From a bacterium (GTDB lineage: Bacteria; Margulisbacteria; WOR-1; O2-12-FULL-45-9; XYB2-FULL-48-7): DNA of 64,000 nucleotides. Every line of letters starts with the position of its first letter. Position 1 is the first letter of the stretch. The stretch lies in the NCBI GenBank assembly GCA_043812655.1, contig JBDRLW010000044.1:1-64000 (forward strand), in the 5' to 3' direction. Of the stretch, positions 29,898-40,787 are shown one piece after another. The translations under genes were made by a program, and so were the position numbers. A model generated the notes under the pieces. That model made no database searches. It had not been told where the DNA came from and worked only from the letters and a program-made list of their open reading frames with translations.

Positions 29898-31053
29898 TTT
29901 TGATCTCCTCCGCGTCTTTATCCCCTCTCCCAGACAAACAAACAACAATAGTTTCTTCTTTCCCCATCTTCGGCGCTAATTTTTTCAAATAAGCGATCGC
30001 GTGCGACGATTCCAGGGCCGGAATGATCCCTTCCAGCCTCGAGAGAAGTTTAAATCCATCTAAAGCCTCTTTATCGTTCGCCGGAAGATACTCAACTCTC
30101 CCCATATCTTTCAAATAACAATGCTCTGGACCGGAACCGGAATAATCAAGCCCGGCAGAAATTGAATGGGTCGTCATGATCTGCCCTGTTTTGGTCTGTA
30201 AAACATATTCTTTAGCGCCGTGGAGAACTCCAACAGTTCCCTTTGCCAGCGAAGCCGCGCCAGCCGCCTCCACCCCATAAATTTTTACCGATTCATCGTC
30301 TAAGAATTCATGGAATAAACCGATCGCGTTGGAGCCGCCGCCAACACAGGCAACTAAGGCTGACGGTAGTTTTCCTTCTAGCTCTTGATGCTGCGTTTTG
30401 GCCTCGCGACCGATAACCGCTTGAAAATCCCTAACCATCATCGGGTAAGGATGAGGGCCGACACACGAACCTAAACAATAAAAGGTATCGTTGGGATTAG
30501 CCATCCAATCGCGCATCGTCTCGTTGATCGCGTCTTTTAAAGTTTGGCTCCCCGATTTGACCGGAATAACTTTTGCCCCAAGGAGTTCCATCCGAAAAAC
30601 ATTGAGCGCCTGCCGCCGCACATCTTCCGCTCCCATATAAACTATGCACTCGAGACCGAAAAGCGCGGCCACAGTGGCAGTGGCAACGCCATGCTGGCCC
30701 GCGCCGGTCTCGGCAATGATCCGCTTCTTCCCCATCCTCTTGGCCAATATCAGCTGGCCGATCGTATTATTAATTTTATGGGCGCCGGTATGGCAAAGGT
30801 CTTCCCGTTTTAGATAGATTTTCGCGCCGCCTAAAAATTCGCTTAGTCTTTTCGCGTAGTAAAGCGGCGTTGGCCGTCCGGCAAAGTTCTTCAGATAATA
30901 ATTTAGTTCGGCCTGGAATTCCGGGTCATTTTTCGCCGCTAAATAGGCCGTGGTTAATTCTTCTACCGGGGTAAAAAGCGTCTCCGGCACGAACCGCCCC
31001 CCATAAACACCAAAGTGGCCGGTCGCATCCGGCAGGGCGCGATAGTTTGTCAT
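29884..31053 (-). CDS. trpB: Tryptophan synthase beta chain
   Basis: [12 protein letters not shown] motif, [21 protein letters not shown]. Confidence 0.98.
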   Translation of the reverse strand: MTNYRALPDATGHFGVYGGRFVPETLFTPVEELTTAYLAAKNDPEFQAELNYYLKNFAGRPTPLYYAKRLSEFLGGAKIYLKREDLCHTGAHKINNTIGQLILAKRMGKKRIIAETGAGQHGVATATVAALFGLECIVYMGAEDVRRQALNVFRMELLGAKVIPVKSGSQTLKDAINETMRDWMANPNDTFYCLGSCVGPHPYPMMVRDFQAVIGREAKTQHQELEGKLPSALVACVGGGSNAIGLFHEFLDDESVKIYGVEAAGAASLAKGTVGVLHGAKEYVLQTKTGQIMTTHSISAGLDYSGSGPEHCYLKDMGRVEYLPANDKEALDGFKLLSRLEGIIPALESSHAIAYLKKLAPKMGKEETIVVCLSGRGDKDAEEIKSGRI

Positions 31054-31121
31054 AGCTAAATTATAGGTGATTCTTTTTTTAATTGCAAAAAATGTTATAA
31101 TTCTACTCGGAGGAAAAAATC

Positions 31122-33941
31122 ATGCTTTGTCAAAAATGCCAAGCTAACCAAGCTTCTGTCCATATCACCAAGATCATTAACGGGAAAAAGGTGGAGCGCC
31201 ACCTTTGCACCCAGTGCGCGGCGGCTGAAGGGTTTGTCCCAGGCGCCAGCCAGCCTTTTGACGATTTTGGCTTTACCGATTTCCCTGGCTTTTCTGAATT
31301 TCCCGACTTATTCGCGTCGCTCTTTAAACGCCGGCCGACCGAACGGTTTTACGATTATTTTTCTGACTCCGCCAACCGCGTCCTGCAGCTGGCGACCGAA
31401 GAAGCCAACCGCCTTGGCCACGACTATGTCAGGACCGAACATCTCTTGCTCGGCTTAATTAAATCGGAGGGCGTTGCTTCAAAAGTTTTACAAAAACTGG
31501 GCGTTGACATCGTTAATTTATTCTCCGATGTCGAATCGCTGATCGGCCACGGCGAAGGCTCGCCGCAAAAAATGACCCTGTCGCCCCGGGCGAAGAAAGC
31601 GCTCGAGCTCGCCTATCAAGCGGCCAGGGAACTGGGCTTTAATTATGTAGGCGAAGAACATATCCTTCTTGGCATTATCCGTGAAGGGGAAAGCCTGGCC
31701 GCCCAATCGCTCCATAAACGAAAAATAAATTTTGATAAAGTTGCCAGGGAGATCATTGCCGAAGCCGAAAAAGCGCTCGGCCCCGCGGAACATGGAGAAG
31801 GAAACCCGGAAGAATTTCCTGAAGAAGAACAAGGGTTTGGCCCGGAAGGGATGATCGGTTTTCCTGGTTTGGGAATTGGCGCGCCGCCCCGGCCAGCCAA
31901 GCCTGCCCTAACTTCCTTTGGCCGCGACCTGACCGCCATGGCCAGGAAAGGCGAGCTTGACCCGGTGATCGGCCGCGAAAAAGAGATCGATCGGATAATT
32001 CGGATCCTCTCCCGCCGGACCAAAAACAATCCCGCCCTTTTAGGCGATCCTGGTGTCGGTAAAACCGCCATTGTCGAAGGGTTGGCCGAACGGATCATCA
32101 AGGGCGACGTCCCGGAGATCCTTAAAGATAAACAAGTGATCTCTCTTGACCTTGGCGGCATGGTCGCAGGCACCAAATACCGGGGTGAATTTGAATCACG
32201 CGTCAAGAAAGTTTTAGATGAGATCCTGGCTAAAAAACGAAAAGTAATTTTATTTATCGATGAGCTCCATACTTTAGTCGGAGCCGGCGGGGCCGAAGGG
32301 GCGATCGACGCGGGAAATATGCTCAAGCCTTCCCTCGCCCGCGGTGAACTCCAAGTTATCGGCGCAACGACCGTTGACGAATATCGCAAAAACATTGAAA
32401 AAGACGCGGCGCTGGAGCGGCGCTTCCAACCAGTCCTAGTAGCTGAGCCAACAGTTGAACAAACGATCGAGATCTTAAAAGGCTTAAGAGACCGTTATGA
32501 AGCCCACCATCGGGTAAAAATTCCCGATGCGGCGATCGTGGCGGCCGCAACCCTCGCCCACCGGTATATTTCTGACCGGTTCTTGCCCGACAAAGCGATC
32601 GACGTCATGGACGAGGCAGCGGCCAAAGTCCGCTTAAAGACAATTTCCCAACCGTCCGAACTTCGGTTGGCAAGCAAAGAATTGGAAAAATACAAAAAAG
32701 AAAAAGAACCGGCCTTAAACGCTAAACAATACGATAAAGCCGCCGCCCTAGACAAAAAGATCACGGAAGCGGATAAGAAATACAAAGATCTCGAAGAAAA
32801 ATGGAAGCATGAACGGAGCGCCGCCGAACCGACTGTCACCGAAGATGATATCGCCACGATCGTTTCCGATTGGACCGGAATCCCGGTCGTAAAACTGACC
32901 GCCGCGGAAACAGAAAAATTGATCCAGATGGAAGTCGAGCTCCATAAACGGATCATCGGCCAGGACGAAGCCATCACCGCCATCTCCCAGGCGATCAGGC
33001 GCGGACGCGCGGGACTAAAGCCGCCGGAGCGGCCGGTCGGTTCGTTCATTTTCGCCGGACCAACCGGAGTCGGAAAGACTGAAGTCGCCAGACGCTTATC
33101 GGAATTTTTATTTGGCACTCAAGATGCGCTCATCCGGGTCGACATGTCGGAATATATGGAAAAGCATACCGTTTCCCGCTTGATCGGCGCCCCTCCCGGC
33201 TATGTCGGCTATGATGAAGGGGGAACTTTGACTGAAGCGGTCCGGCGCAAGCCTTATTCCGTTATTTTGTTTGATGAAATTGAAAAGGCCCATCCAGATG
33301 TCTTCAATGTTCTATTACAGCTTTTAGACGACGGCCGCCTAACCGATTCCAAGGGCCATATCGTAGACTTTAAGAACACGGTCGTGATCATGACCAGCAA
33401 TATCGGGCAGAAGGAGATCGTCCAACAAGGCCCGATCGGGTTTATGGCCAGGGAAGATCGGGAAGCGTCATATGAAAAGATGCGCGACACCGTTTTATCG
33501 GACATGAAGAAAGACTTCCGCCCCGAATTTTTGAACCGGGTCGACGAAATAATCGTTTTCCATCCGTTGACAGAGAACGAATTAAAGCAGATCGCCGGGT
33601 TGATCATTGCCGAGCTCCAGAAACAAGTCTTAACCCGCGGCCTAAAACTCGAAGTCTCTGACGCCGTTAAAGAGATGGTCATTAAAGAGGGTTATGAGCC
33701 AAAGTATGGCGCCAGGCCTCTGCGCCGCGCGGTCCAGCATCTTTTGGAGAACCAGCTGTCGAACGAGATCATCGCCGGTAAATTCAAAGATGGCGACACC
33801 GTGATCGCCGATGCTAAAGATGGCAAGATCACTTTTACCAAAGGGGTTGGTTCTCGGCCGTCGCTCCAATCAACGGAAAAAGAAAAGCCGTCTAAGCAAG
33901 AAGCAGAAGAGAAACCAAAACGGGGTCGGAAGAAACAGTAA
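31122..33941 (+). CDS. clpC: ClpC-type AAA+ ATPase with N-terminal McsA/ClpE-like zinc finger
   Basis: CxxC..CxxC N-terminus, two Clp_N repeats, Walker A GDPGVGKT and [11 protein letters not shown] loop. Confidence 0.93.
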   Translation: MLCQKCQANQASVHITKIINGKKVERHLCTQCAAAEGFVPGASQPFDDFGFTDFPGFSEFPDLFASLFKRRPTERFYDYFSDSANRVLQLATEEANRLGHDYVRTEHLLLGLIKSEGVASKVLQKLGVDIVNLFSDVESLIGHGEGSPQKMTLSPRAKKALELAYQAARELGFNYVGEEHILLGIIREGESLAAQSLHKRKINFDKVAREIIAEAEKALGPAEHGEGNPEEFPEEEQGFGPEGMIGFPGLGIGAPPRPAKPALTSFGRDLTAMARKGELDPVIGREKEIDRIIRILSRRTKNNPALLGDPGVGKTAIVEGLAERIIKGDVPEILKDKQVISLDLGGMVAGTKYRGEFESRVKKVLDEILAKKRKVILFIDELHTLVGAGGAEGAIDAGNMLKPSLARGELQVIGATTVDEYRKNIEKDAALERRFQPVLVAEPTVEQTIEILKGLRDRYEAHHRVKIPDAAIVAAATLAHRYISDRFLPDKAIDVMDEAAAKVRLKTISQPSELRLASKELEKYKKEKEPALNAKQYDKAAALDKKITEADKKYKDLEEKWKHERSAAEPTVTEDDIATIVSDWTGIPVVKLTAAETEKLIQMEVELHKRIIGQDEAITAISQAIRRGRAGLKPPERPVGSFIFAGPTGVGKTEVARRLSEFLFGTQDALIRVDMSEYMEKHTVSRLIGAPPGYVGYDEGGTLTEAVRRKPYSVILFDEIEKAHPDVFNVLLQLLDDGRLTDSKGHIVDFKNTVVIMTSNIGQKEIVQQGPIGFMAREDREASYEKMRDTVLSDMKKDFRPEFLNRVDEIIVFHPLTENELKQIAGLIIAELQKQVLTRGLKLEVSDAVKEMVIKEGYEPKYGARPLRRAVQHLLENQLSNEIIAGKFKDGDTVIADAKDGKITFTKGVGSRPSLQSTEKEKPSKQEAEEKPKRGRKKQ

Positions 33942-33954
33942 AAAAGGGGGAAGA

Positions 33955-34827
33955 ATGTCAACTATGCTATTCACTTTAGTTATCATAATGGTTTTGTTGT
34001 TCTTTTCTGGTATCCGCATTGTTAGGCCAACCCATCGCGGTTTGATCGAAAGGTTTGGAAAATATAAAAAGTTCGCCTCTCCCGGCTTCCATTGGATCAT
34101 CCCCATGATCGATAACATGTATTTTGTGAATATAACCGAGCAGATGATCGACGCCGAACCCCAGGAGATCATCACTTTTGACAACCTCAACGCCAAAGTC
34201 GATGCCCAGGTTTATTTTAAAGTCAAAGAAGACGAAGAAAATGTTAAACGGTCGCAATACAATGTTTTTAATTACCAGAACCAGATCGTTAACTTGGCCA
34301 GGACGACCCTCCGGAACATTATCGGCACGCTAACTTTAAAATCGGCTAATAGCGAGCGGGGCAAGATCAATGATGAACTGCATAAAACTTTAATGGATGA
34401 AACTTCCCACTGGGGGATCCAGGTCGTCAGGACAGAGCTCAAGGAGATAGACCCACCCAAAGACGTGCAGGAAACCATGAATAAAGTGGTCAAAGCGGAG
34501 AATGAAAAGATCTCAGCTGTCGATTACGCGACAGCAACAGAAACAAAAGCTGATGGTGAAAGACGGTCGGAGATCAAAAAAGCCGAAGGGATCAAACGAG
34601 CCAAGATCTTGGCAGCCGAGGGAGAAGCCGAAGCGATCAAACTGGTCAACGAAGCAGCGGAAAAATATTTTATCGGCAATGCCCAGGTTTTGCGCAAACT
34701 TGAAGCTGTTGAAAAATCACTAGAGAAAAACACCAAGATCGTCATCCCTCAAAAGACCGAACTGGTTAACGTGATCGGGGAAATGGCCGGATTCTTGCCT
34801 TATAAGATTAAAGAAAGCACTGAATAG
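33955..34827 (+). CDS. SPFH/Band 7 (stomatin-like) membrane protein
   Basis: TM, ERFGK...PG, QEIIT.DN, LRNIIG, WG.....E; ATG 33955. Confidence 0.9.
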   Translation: MSTMLFTLVIIMVLLFFSGIRIVRPTHRGLIERFGKYKKFASPGFHWIIPMIDNMYFVNITEQMIDAEPQEIITFDNLNAKVDAQVYFKVKEDEENVKRSQYNVFNYQNQIVNLARTTLRNIIGTLTLKSANSERGKINDELHKTLMDETSHWGIQVVRTELKEIDPPKDVQETMNKVVKAENEKISAVDYATATETKADGERRSEIKKAEGIKRAKILAAEGEAEAIKLVNEAAEKYFIGNAQVLRKLEAVEKSLEKNTKIVIPQKTELVNVIGEMAGFLPYKIKESTE

Positions 34828-34912
34828 AGATTTATAGCACTTTCAACTTTACCTCGATATTTACTCTTGCTATACTATAATAGTCGTTACAAGCTGAAGG
34901 AGATCAAATAAA

Positions 34913-35197
34913 ATGACAATTGAAGATATTAAAAAGAAGGTAAAGCCTTTTCTATTAGAAGGTGGAGTTAAAAAGGCGGGACTTTTTGGTTCGGTCGCTA
35001 AAGGGCTGGAAAGAGAAGATAGCGATGTAGACATTTTAGTTGAATTTGGGAAAGAGAATTTAAGTCTACTAGAATTTATTGGGCTTAAACAGGCGCTGGA
35101 AGAAGCCTTAGGGAAAAAAGTTGATCTGGTAGAATATACAACCATCAAACCACTTTTAAGAACCAGGATTTTAGCCGAAGAGATCTCCATCTTATGA
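34913..35197 (+). CDS. MNT minimal nucleotidyltransferase (antitoxin)
   Basis: FGS.AKG...DSDVDILVEF, LG.KVDL. Confidence 0.92.
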   Translation: MTIEDIKKKVKPFLLEGGVKKAGLFGSVAKGLEREDSDVDILVEFGKENLSLLEFIGLKQALEEALGKKVDLVEYTTIKPLLRTRILAEEISIL

Positions 35198-35529
35198 AGA
35201 GAGATTACTCCATCTACCTGCAAGATATTCTGGAAAGCATTTCCGCGATTGAAGAATATGTGAAAGATTTTTCGGTGGCAAGATTCCAGGATAATCGCCA
35301 GGTTCAAGATGCAGTTATTAGACGGTTAGAAATAATTGGCGAGGCGGTTAAAAACCTTGATGATGATTTTAGGAATAATTATCCGCAAATCCCTTGGAAG
35401 CAGATCGCAGGGATGAGAGATGTTTTGATCCATGAATATTTCGGGGTTAATTCTCTTCGTGTTTGGGAAGCAATCCAAAAAGATCTCCCACCCCTTAAAC
35501 AGAACATACTCACAATTATTAATAAATGA
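35194..35529 (+). CDS. HEPN/DUF86 ribonuclease toxin
   Basis: [21 protein letters not shown] (Rx4H). Confidence 0.92.
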   Translation: MKRDYSIYLQDILESISAIEEYVKDFSVARFQDNRQVQDAVIRRLEIIGEAVKNLDDDFRNNYPQIPWKQIAGMRDVLIHEYFGVNSLRVWEAIQKDLPPLKQNILTIINK

Positions 35530-37952
35530 CAGACTATCTTCCCTCCCAAATCGAACCAAAATGGCAAGCCGAGTGGGATAAGGAACATCTCTTCCTAACA
35601 GACGAACAAATGGCTCGACAGGCCCTTCGACAAGCTCAGGGCAGCATCGAGCGGGGTCGAGATGCTCGCCATCCCAGCCATCCCGAGCTCTGCCGAGGGA
35701 CTAACAAACTAAAATACTATGCGCTAGTAATGTTCCCCTACCTCTCCGGCAACCTCCACATGGGTCACGTTAGAAATTACGCTATCGGTGATGTCATCGC
35801 TCGCTATAAAAGACTGCAAGGCTTTTCTGTCCTCCACCCGATCGGTTGGGACGCGTTTGGGATGCCGGCGGAAAATGCCGCGATCAAAAACAAAACCCAC
35901 CCCGAACCGTGGACCGACAGCTGTATCGAGCGGATGAAAAAACAATTGAAGCGGCTCGGCATTTCCTACGATTGGGACCGCGAAGTTAACACCAGCAAAC
36001 CCGATTATTACAAATGGACGCAATGGCTGTTTCTTCTTATGTATGAACGAGGCCTCGCCTACCGAAAAAAAGCGACCGTTAATTGGTGCCCCAAATGTGC
36101 GACAGTCTTGGCCAACGAGCAGGTCGTCAAGGAGAACCAATGCTGGCGCTGTGAATCGATCGTTGAAGAGAAAGACCTGGAACAATGGTTCTTCAAGATC
36201 ACCGATTACGCCGACCGGTTGTTAAATGATATTGAAAAACTCTCCGGCTGGCCCGAGCCAGTCAAGATAATGCAGCGAAATTGGATTGGGAAGTCGGAAG
36301 GAGTCGAAATTAAATTCCGAATTACGAATGACGAATTACGAATTAAGGAATTATTGATATATACCACAAGGCCTGACACGCTATTCGGCGTAACCTACAT
36401 GGTTCTCGCTCCTGAACATCCGATGGCACTCGAAATTTCGAAAGGAACAGCTCAAGAAAAGGCAGTTCAAGATTACATTGAAAAAGTAAAACACGAAAGT
36501 ACTCATGAACGGACAGTTTCTACCGGCAAAGATGGCGTCTTTACTGGCGGCTATGCGATCAATCCTGCTACTGGCGAAGAAATCCCGATCTGGATCGCTG
36601 ATTATGTCTTGATGGGTTACGGCACCGGGGCCATCATGGCCGTTCCCGCTCATGACGACCGCGATTTTGCTTTTGCCCAGCAGAATAATTTGCCAATTAA
36701 ACAGGCCGAACCATATACCGGCAACATCGGCACAAAAAAAACCAATTATAAGCTCCGCGATTGGCTCGTTTCCCGCCAAAGATATTGGGGCGCCCCGATC
36801 CCGATCATCTATTGTGAAAAATGCGGGATCGTTCCAGTCCCCAAAGAGGACTTACCGGTTAAATTACCAATGGACGTAAAATTCACCGGCGAAGGGGCCT
36901 CACCTCTCACCACATCGCAGACATTTTTGAATGTTAAATGCCCTAAATGCGGAAGCGTTGGGCGAAGGGAGACTGATACTCTCGATACTTTTAATTGTTC
37001 TTCCTGGTATTATTTCAGATATTCCGACCCAAAAAATAATGCCGAACCATTCAGCAAAGATAAAGCCAAAAAATGGCTGCCAGTCGATCAATATATTGGC
37101 GGGATCGAGCACGCCATCCTTCATCTATTATATTCCAGATTTTTCACCAAAGTTTTATTTGACGCCGGCTGGTCAGCCACCGACGAACCGTTCACTAACC
37201 TCTTAACCCAAGGGATGGTCGTCAAAGACGGCGCCAAGATGAGCAAATCCAAAGGGAATGTCGTCGATCCTGATTATATTGTAGAAAAATACGGCGCCGA
37301 CACCGCGCGGCTCTTCATTCTCTTCGCTTCTCCGCCAGAAAAAGAACTTGAATGGTCGGATAAGGGAGTTGAAGGGTGCTATAGATTTCTGAATAGAGTG
37401 TGGCGACTGGTTTCTGAAAAATCCCAAATCCCAAGCACCAAATCCCAAACAAATTCCAATGACCAAAATTCAAAATTACAAACAAAACTGCATCAAACTA
37501 TAAAAAGCGTTACCGAAGATATCGAACGCTTCTCCTTCAATACTGCCATTGCAAGGCTAATGGAATTGACCAACGCATTTTATGAACAATTAAATAATAG
37601 CTCCACAATTGGAAATTGGTCATTGGAAATTGGTCATTTGCTCCAGCTCCTCTCCCCCTTTGCCCCCCACCTTGCCGACGAACTCTGGCATCAGTTGGGA
37701 AATAAAGGATCGATCTTGAAAGAAGCCTGGCCAAAATATGACCCAGCTTTGATAGTCGAGTCGGAAATAACAATTGCCGTTCAAGTTAACGGCAAACTTC
37801 GAGAGACTTTAGTTGTCCCAGCAGAAGCAAATGAAAACGAGATCAAAGAAAAAGCCCTCGCCAGTGAAAAAGTTAAAGTCTTTACCACCGGCAAAGAGAT
37901 CAAAAAAACGATCTACGTCCCCAAAAAGCTGTTAAATTTAGTGGTTTTGTAA
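35526..37952 (+). CDS. leuS: Leucine--tRNA ligase
   Basis: [26 protein letters not shown]. Confidence 0.98.
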   Translation: MTDYLPSQIEPKWQAEWDKEHLFLTDEQMARQALRQAQGSIERGRDARHPSHPELCRGTNKLKYYALVMFPYLSGNLHMGHVRNYAIGDVIARYKRLQGFSVLHPIGWDAFGMPAENAAIKNKTHPEPWTDSCIERMKKQLKRLGISYDWDREVNTSKPDYYKWTQWLFLLMYERGLAYRKKATVNWCPKCATVLANEQVVKENQCWRCESIVEEKDLEQWFFKITDYADRLLNDIEKLSGWPEPVKIMQRNWIGKSEGVEIKFRITNDELRIKELLIYTTRPDTLFGVTYMVLAPEHPMALEISKGTAQEKAVQDYIEKVKHESTHERTVSTGKDGVFTGGYAINPATGEEIPIWIADYVLMGYGTGAIMAVPAHDDRDFAFAQQNNLPIKQAEPYTGNIGTKKTNYKLRDWLVSRQRYWGAPIPIIYCEKCGIVPVPKEDLPVKLPMDVKFTGEGASPLTTSQTFLNVKCPKCGSVGRRETDTLDTFNCSSWYYFRYSDPKNNAEPFSKDKAKKWLPVDQYIGGIEHAILHLLYSRFFTKVLFDAGWSATDEPFTNLLTQGMVVKDGAKMSKSKGNVVDPDYIVEKYGADTARLFILFASPPEKELEWSDKGVEGCYRFLNRVWRLVSEKSQIPSTKSQTNSNDQNSKLQTKLHQTIKSVTEDIERFSFNTAIARLMELTNAFYEQLNNSSTIGNWSLEIGHLLQLLSPFAPHLADELWHQLGNKGSILKEAWPKYDPALIVESEITIAVQVNGKLRETLVVPAEANENEIKEKALASEKVKVFTTGKEIKKTIYVPKKLLNLVVL
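35622..35700. repeat. Three GAGC..CGA-type REP-like palindromes in frame in leuS
   Basis: gcccttcgacaagctcagggc; agcatcgagcggggtcgagatgct; tcccgagctctgccgaggga. Confidence 0.85.
36317..36344 (+). repeat. Heptamer tract (ACGAATT) in leuS
   Basis: ccgaatt acgaatg acgaatt acgaatt. Confidence 0.85.
37419..37483 (+). repeat. Heptamer tract (AAATCCC-like) in leuS
   Basis: aaatccc aaatccc aagcacc aaatccc aaac aaattcc aatgacc aaaattc. Confidence 0.9.
37607..37640 (+). repeat. Heptamer tract (AATTGGA/CATTGGA) in leuS, inverse of the 37419 tract
   Basis: aattgga aattggt cattgga aattggt catttg. Confidence 0.85.
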
Positions 37953-37954
37953 TA

Positions 37955-38076
37955 ACCCTCACCCCCTGCCCCTCTCCCAAAGGGAGAGGGGTGATTGAAA
38001 CTTAATTGTTTATCAAAATCCAACCCTCTCCCCCTGGGAGGGGGTCGATCCGCCGAGGGCGGATCGGGGTGAGGGC
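37955..38076. repeat. Complete REPIN-like composite element
   Basis: Same architecture as 29021-29142; nested gatccgccgagggcggatc. Confidence 0.9.
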
Positions 38077-38105
38077 TGCATTGTTTGTCATGCTATAATG
38101 AATTT

Positions 38106-39752
38106 ATGGACGAAAGCATCCAAAAACCAGCCAGATACGTCGGAGGGGAAGTCGGCGCGATCAAGAAGGATTGGGAGAAAGCGAAAGTAAAAGTCGCCCT
38201 CGCCTACCCTGACCTTTACGAGATCGGCATGTCCAATCTTGGGATACAGATCCTCTACCATATAATAAATAACCAGGAGGATTGCCTGGCGGAGAGAGTG
38301 TTTGCCCCTTGGCCGGATATGGAAAAACAACTTCAAACTACAAACTGCAAACTGCAAAGTTTAGAATCATTTAAACCTCTTAACGAATTCGATCTAATTG
38401 GTTTCAGCTTAGGCCACGAACTAACCTACACTAATATAGTTACTATGTTAAAACTAAGTGGAATCCCTGTCCGCAGTGCGGAGCGGGGAGAAAACGACCC
38501 GATCATCCTAGGCGGCGGACCGTGCGCTTTTAATCCCGAACCGATCGCTGATTTCTTTGACTGCTTTGTCATCGGCGAAGCGGAAGAAGTGATTGTTGAG
38601 ATAATTAAAAATGAAAAATTAAAAATGAAAAATGAAGGTAGAAGTAATATATTAAAAAGCTTAGCTGAAATTGATGGTGTTTACGTTCCGGGAATCAGTA
38701 AACTAGTTAAAAAACGCTATGTTAAAGACCTATCCTCTACCCCCTACCCCCTAGCCCCTATCGTCCCTTTCATCGAAGCGATCCACGACCGGGCGGCGAT
38801 CGAAATTATGCGGGGGTGCAAATGGGGCTGTAAGTTTTGCCAGGCTGGTTGGACTGGTTTACCGGTTAGAGAAAAAAAGATGGATGTTTTGATCGATCAA
38901 GCCGACCAAATCTTAAAAAATACCGGCTATGACGAACTTTCTCTCATCTCTTTATCTAGCACCGATTACAGTAAGATCGATGAACTGGCTAAAACTCTAG
39001 CCTCCAAATATGAGAAGCAAAAAATTAATATTTCCCTCCCCTCCACCAGGACTAATTCATTTTCAATCAAATTAGCTAAAGAAATCTCGAGAGTTAGAGT
39101 CGGAAGCATTACTATTGCACCAGAAGCCGGCACTCAACACCTGCGTGATTACATCGGTAAAAACATGAGTGAAGAAAATATTTTGGAGAGCGTCAAAGCC
39201 GCTTTTGCCGAAGGGATCGAGGCGATCAAGCTCTATTTTATGATCGGCTTACCGACCGAAACCCAAGAAGACCTGCAAGGAATTTGTGACCTAACGAATA
39301 AGATCATGGCCATCGGCCGCAGTTCTAGTCGAAGAGCCAGGATAACGGCGAACCTTTCAACTTTTATCCCCAAACCCCACACCCCATTCCAGTGGGAAGA
39401 GCAGATCGGGATTGAAGCCACGATCGAAAAACAGAAATTTATTAAGCAAAATATGAGGAATAAGGGAATCGAGATTCGCTGGCATCAAGCCGAAGCCAGT
39501 TTTCTGGAAGGGGTCTTCTCCCGCGGCGATAAACAACTCTCAAAAGTCATCGAAAAAGCCTGGGAACTCGGCGCCCGCCTCGACGCCTGGTCAGAACACT
39601 TTAAATTTGAGATATGGCAAAAGGCTTTCCAGGAATGCAGCATCGATCCCCTCCGGTATCTGGCATCCAAACCTAAAGACTCTCCCCTCCCCTGGGATTT
39701 TATCGATACGGGCGTTAGCAAAGAGGCGCTGTTGAACTCTTTATCGAAGTAA
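38106..39752 (+). CDS. B12-binding radical SAM protein (TIGR03960-like)
   Basis: YPDLYEIGMSNLG, RGCKWGCKFC (CxxxCxxC), APEAG, KLYFMIGLP, PKPHTPFQW. Confidence 0.92.
   Translation: MDESIQKPARYVGGEVGAIKKDWEKAKVKVALAYPDLYEIGMSNLGIQILYHIINNQEDCLAERVFAPWPDMEKQLQTTNCKLQSLESFKPLNEFDLIGFSLGHELTYTNIVTMLKLSGIPVRSAERGENDPIILGGGPCAFNPEPIADFFDCFVIGEAEEVIVEIIKNEKLKMKNEGRSNILKSLAEIDGVYVPGISKLVKKRYVKDLSSTPYPLAPIVPFIEAIHDRAAIEIMRGCKWGCKFCQAGWTGLPVREKKMDVLIDQADQILKNTGYDELSLISLSSTDYSKIDELAKTLASKYEKQKINISLPSTRTNSFSIKLAKEISRVRVGSITIAPEAGTQHLRDYIGKNMSEENILESVKAAFAEGIEAIKLYFMIGLPTETQEDLQGICDLTNKIMAIGRSSSRRARITANLSTFIPKPHTPFQWEEQIGIEATIEKQKFIKQNMRNKGIEIRWHQAEASFLEGVFSRGDKQLSKVIEKAWELGARLDAWSEHFKFEIWQKAFQECSIDPLRYLASKPKDSPLPWDFIDTGVSKEALLNSLSK
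38328..38760 (+). repeat. Three separate heptamer tracts in the radical SAM gene (38328-38359, 38601-38638, 38731-38760)
   Basis: AAACTGC-, AAAATGA- and TACCCCC-type units, 4-5 copies each. Confidence 0.8.
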
Positions 39753-39769
39753 GAACCCTTGCCGGATTA

Positions 39770-39798
39770 TTGCCGGATTGTTTTATCGGTGTTACAAT
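39770..39798 (+). promoter_or_regulatory. Sigma70-type promoter of the second MNT-HEPN pair
   Basis: TTGCCG-N17-TACAAT with extended TG; ttgccggatt is duplicated. Confidence 0.6.
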
Positions 39799-39819
39799 AG
39801 ATAAAAGAGAGGTATATTA

Positions 39820-40119
39820 ATGACTCCATTAGTTATTGACACTGATAAATTATCGAAAATGTGCGGAAAATATGATATTTCGTTTTTGGGGATCTTTGGT
39901 TCTTATGCTCGGGGAGATCAAACAGCGAAAAGCGACCTCGACCTCTTGGCAAAGTTTTCTAAGAGAAAGAGCCTGCTTGACCTGGTAAAAACCGAAAGAG
40001 AACTTTCTACTGCTCTGAATGTTAAGGTAGACCTCTTAACCGAAAAATCCCTTAGTCCCTATTTAAGGGACAAAGTCATGGGAAGCTTAAAGGTGGTTTA
40101 TGACCGAGAGAAACGATAA
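39820..40119 (+). CDS. MNT minimal nucleotidyltransferase (antitoxin)
   Basis: FGSYARGD...SDLDLL, KVDL. Confidence 0.92.
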   Translation: MTPLVIDTDKLSKMCGKYDISFLGIFGSYARGDQTAKSDLDLLAKFSKRKSLLDLVKTERELSTALNVKVDLLTEKSLSPYLRDKVMGSLKVVYDREKR

Positions 40120-40438
40120 TCTATACCTGCAACACATTTCAGATGCCATTAAAAAGATCGAGGAGTACGCAAAAGGCCTTGATTATAAAGATTTTTTGCA
40201 AAATACATTAGTACAAGACGGCATTATTAGACAGATTGAAATCATTGGCGAGGCCACCAAGAACTTGTCTGATGCTACTCGCAATGAATATAAAAATATC
40301 CCCTGGAAAGACATTGCTGGGATGAGGGATAAATTAATACATGACTATTTTGGCGTTGACATCGACGCTATCTGGGAAACCGTAAAGACAGACATTATCG
40401 AATTAAAATCAGAAATAGCATCGATCCTAAAACCTTAA
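40100..40438 (+). CDS. HEPN/DUF86 ribonuclease toxin
   Basis: EIIGEA, IPWKDIAGMRDKLIHDY. Confidence 0.92.
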   Translation: MTERNDNLYLQHISDAIKKIEEYAKGLDYKDFLQNTLVQDGIIRQIEIIGEATKNLSDATRNEYKNIPWKDIAGMRDKLIHDYFGVDIDAIWETVKTDIIELKSEIASILKP

Positions 40439-40477
40439 CTCATTTCAATTAAACGTTTTTTTCTATTTTAATTTACC

Positions 40478-40777
40478 ATGCAGCAAATAAAAATTAAATA
40501 CCGCAAAGGGGAACAGGTTAAATATATCTCGCACCGCGACTTGATGCGGGCGGTTCAGCGGGCGATCAGGCGGGCGGAATTGCCGATCGCCTATTCACAA
40601 GGTTTTAACCCGCACATGAAGATCTCCTGGGGAAACGCCCTCAAGGTCGGCGCCACTTCCGAAGGCGAATTCGCAACACTACAGCTTGACGGCTGGATGA
40701 ATCCCGAGAAGCTTATCCCCCTCCTCAACGCCAAACTCCCTGCCGGTCTTGAAGTAATAGACGCCGCTGTGGTATAA
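40478..40777 (+). CDS. Radical SAM-linked protein (TIGR03936/DUF2344-like, short)
   Basis: YISH.D....RA.RRA.LP.AYSQGFNPH. Confidence 0.85.
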   Translation: MQQIKIKYRKGEQVKYISHRDLMRAVQRAIRRAELPIAYSQGFNPHMKISWGNALKVGATSEGEFATLQLDGWMNPEKLIPLLNAKLPAGLEVIDAAVV

Positions 40778-40787
40778 TACATAAACT

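Noticed and set aside
29898..29948. Upstream extensions of trpA, and similarly of speB, the SPFH gene, apbE and efp in the ORF track
   Set aside because: They overlap neighbouring genes or promoters; downstream starts fit SD, coupling or family length better.
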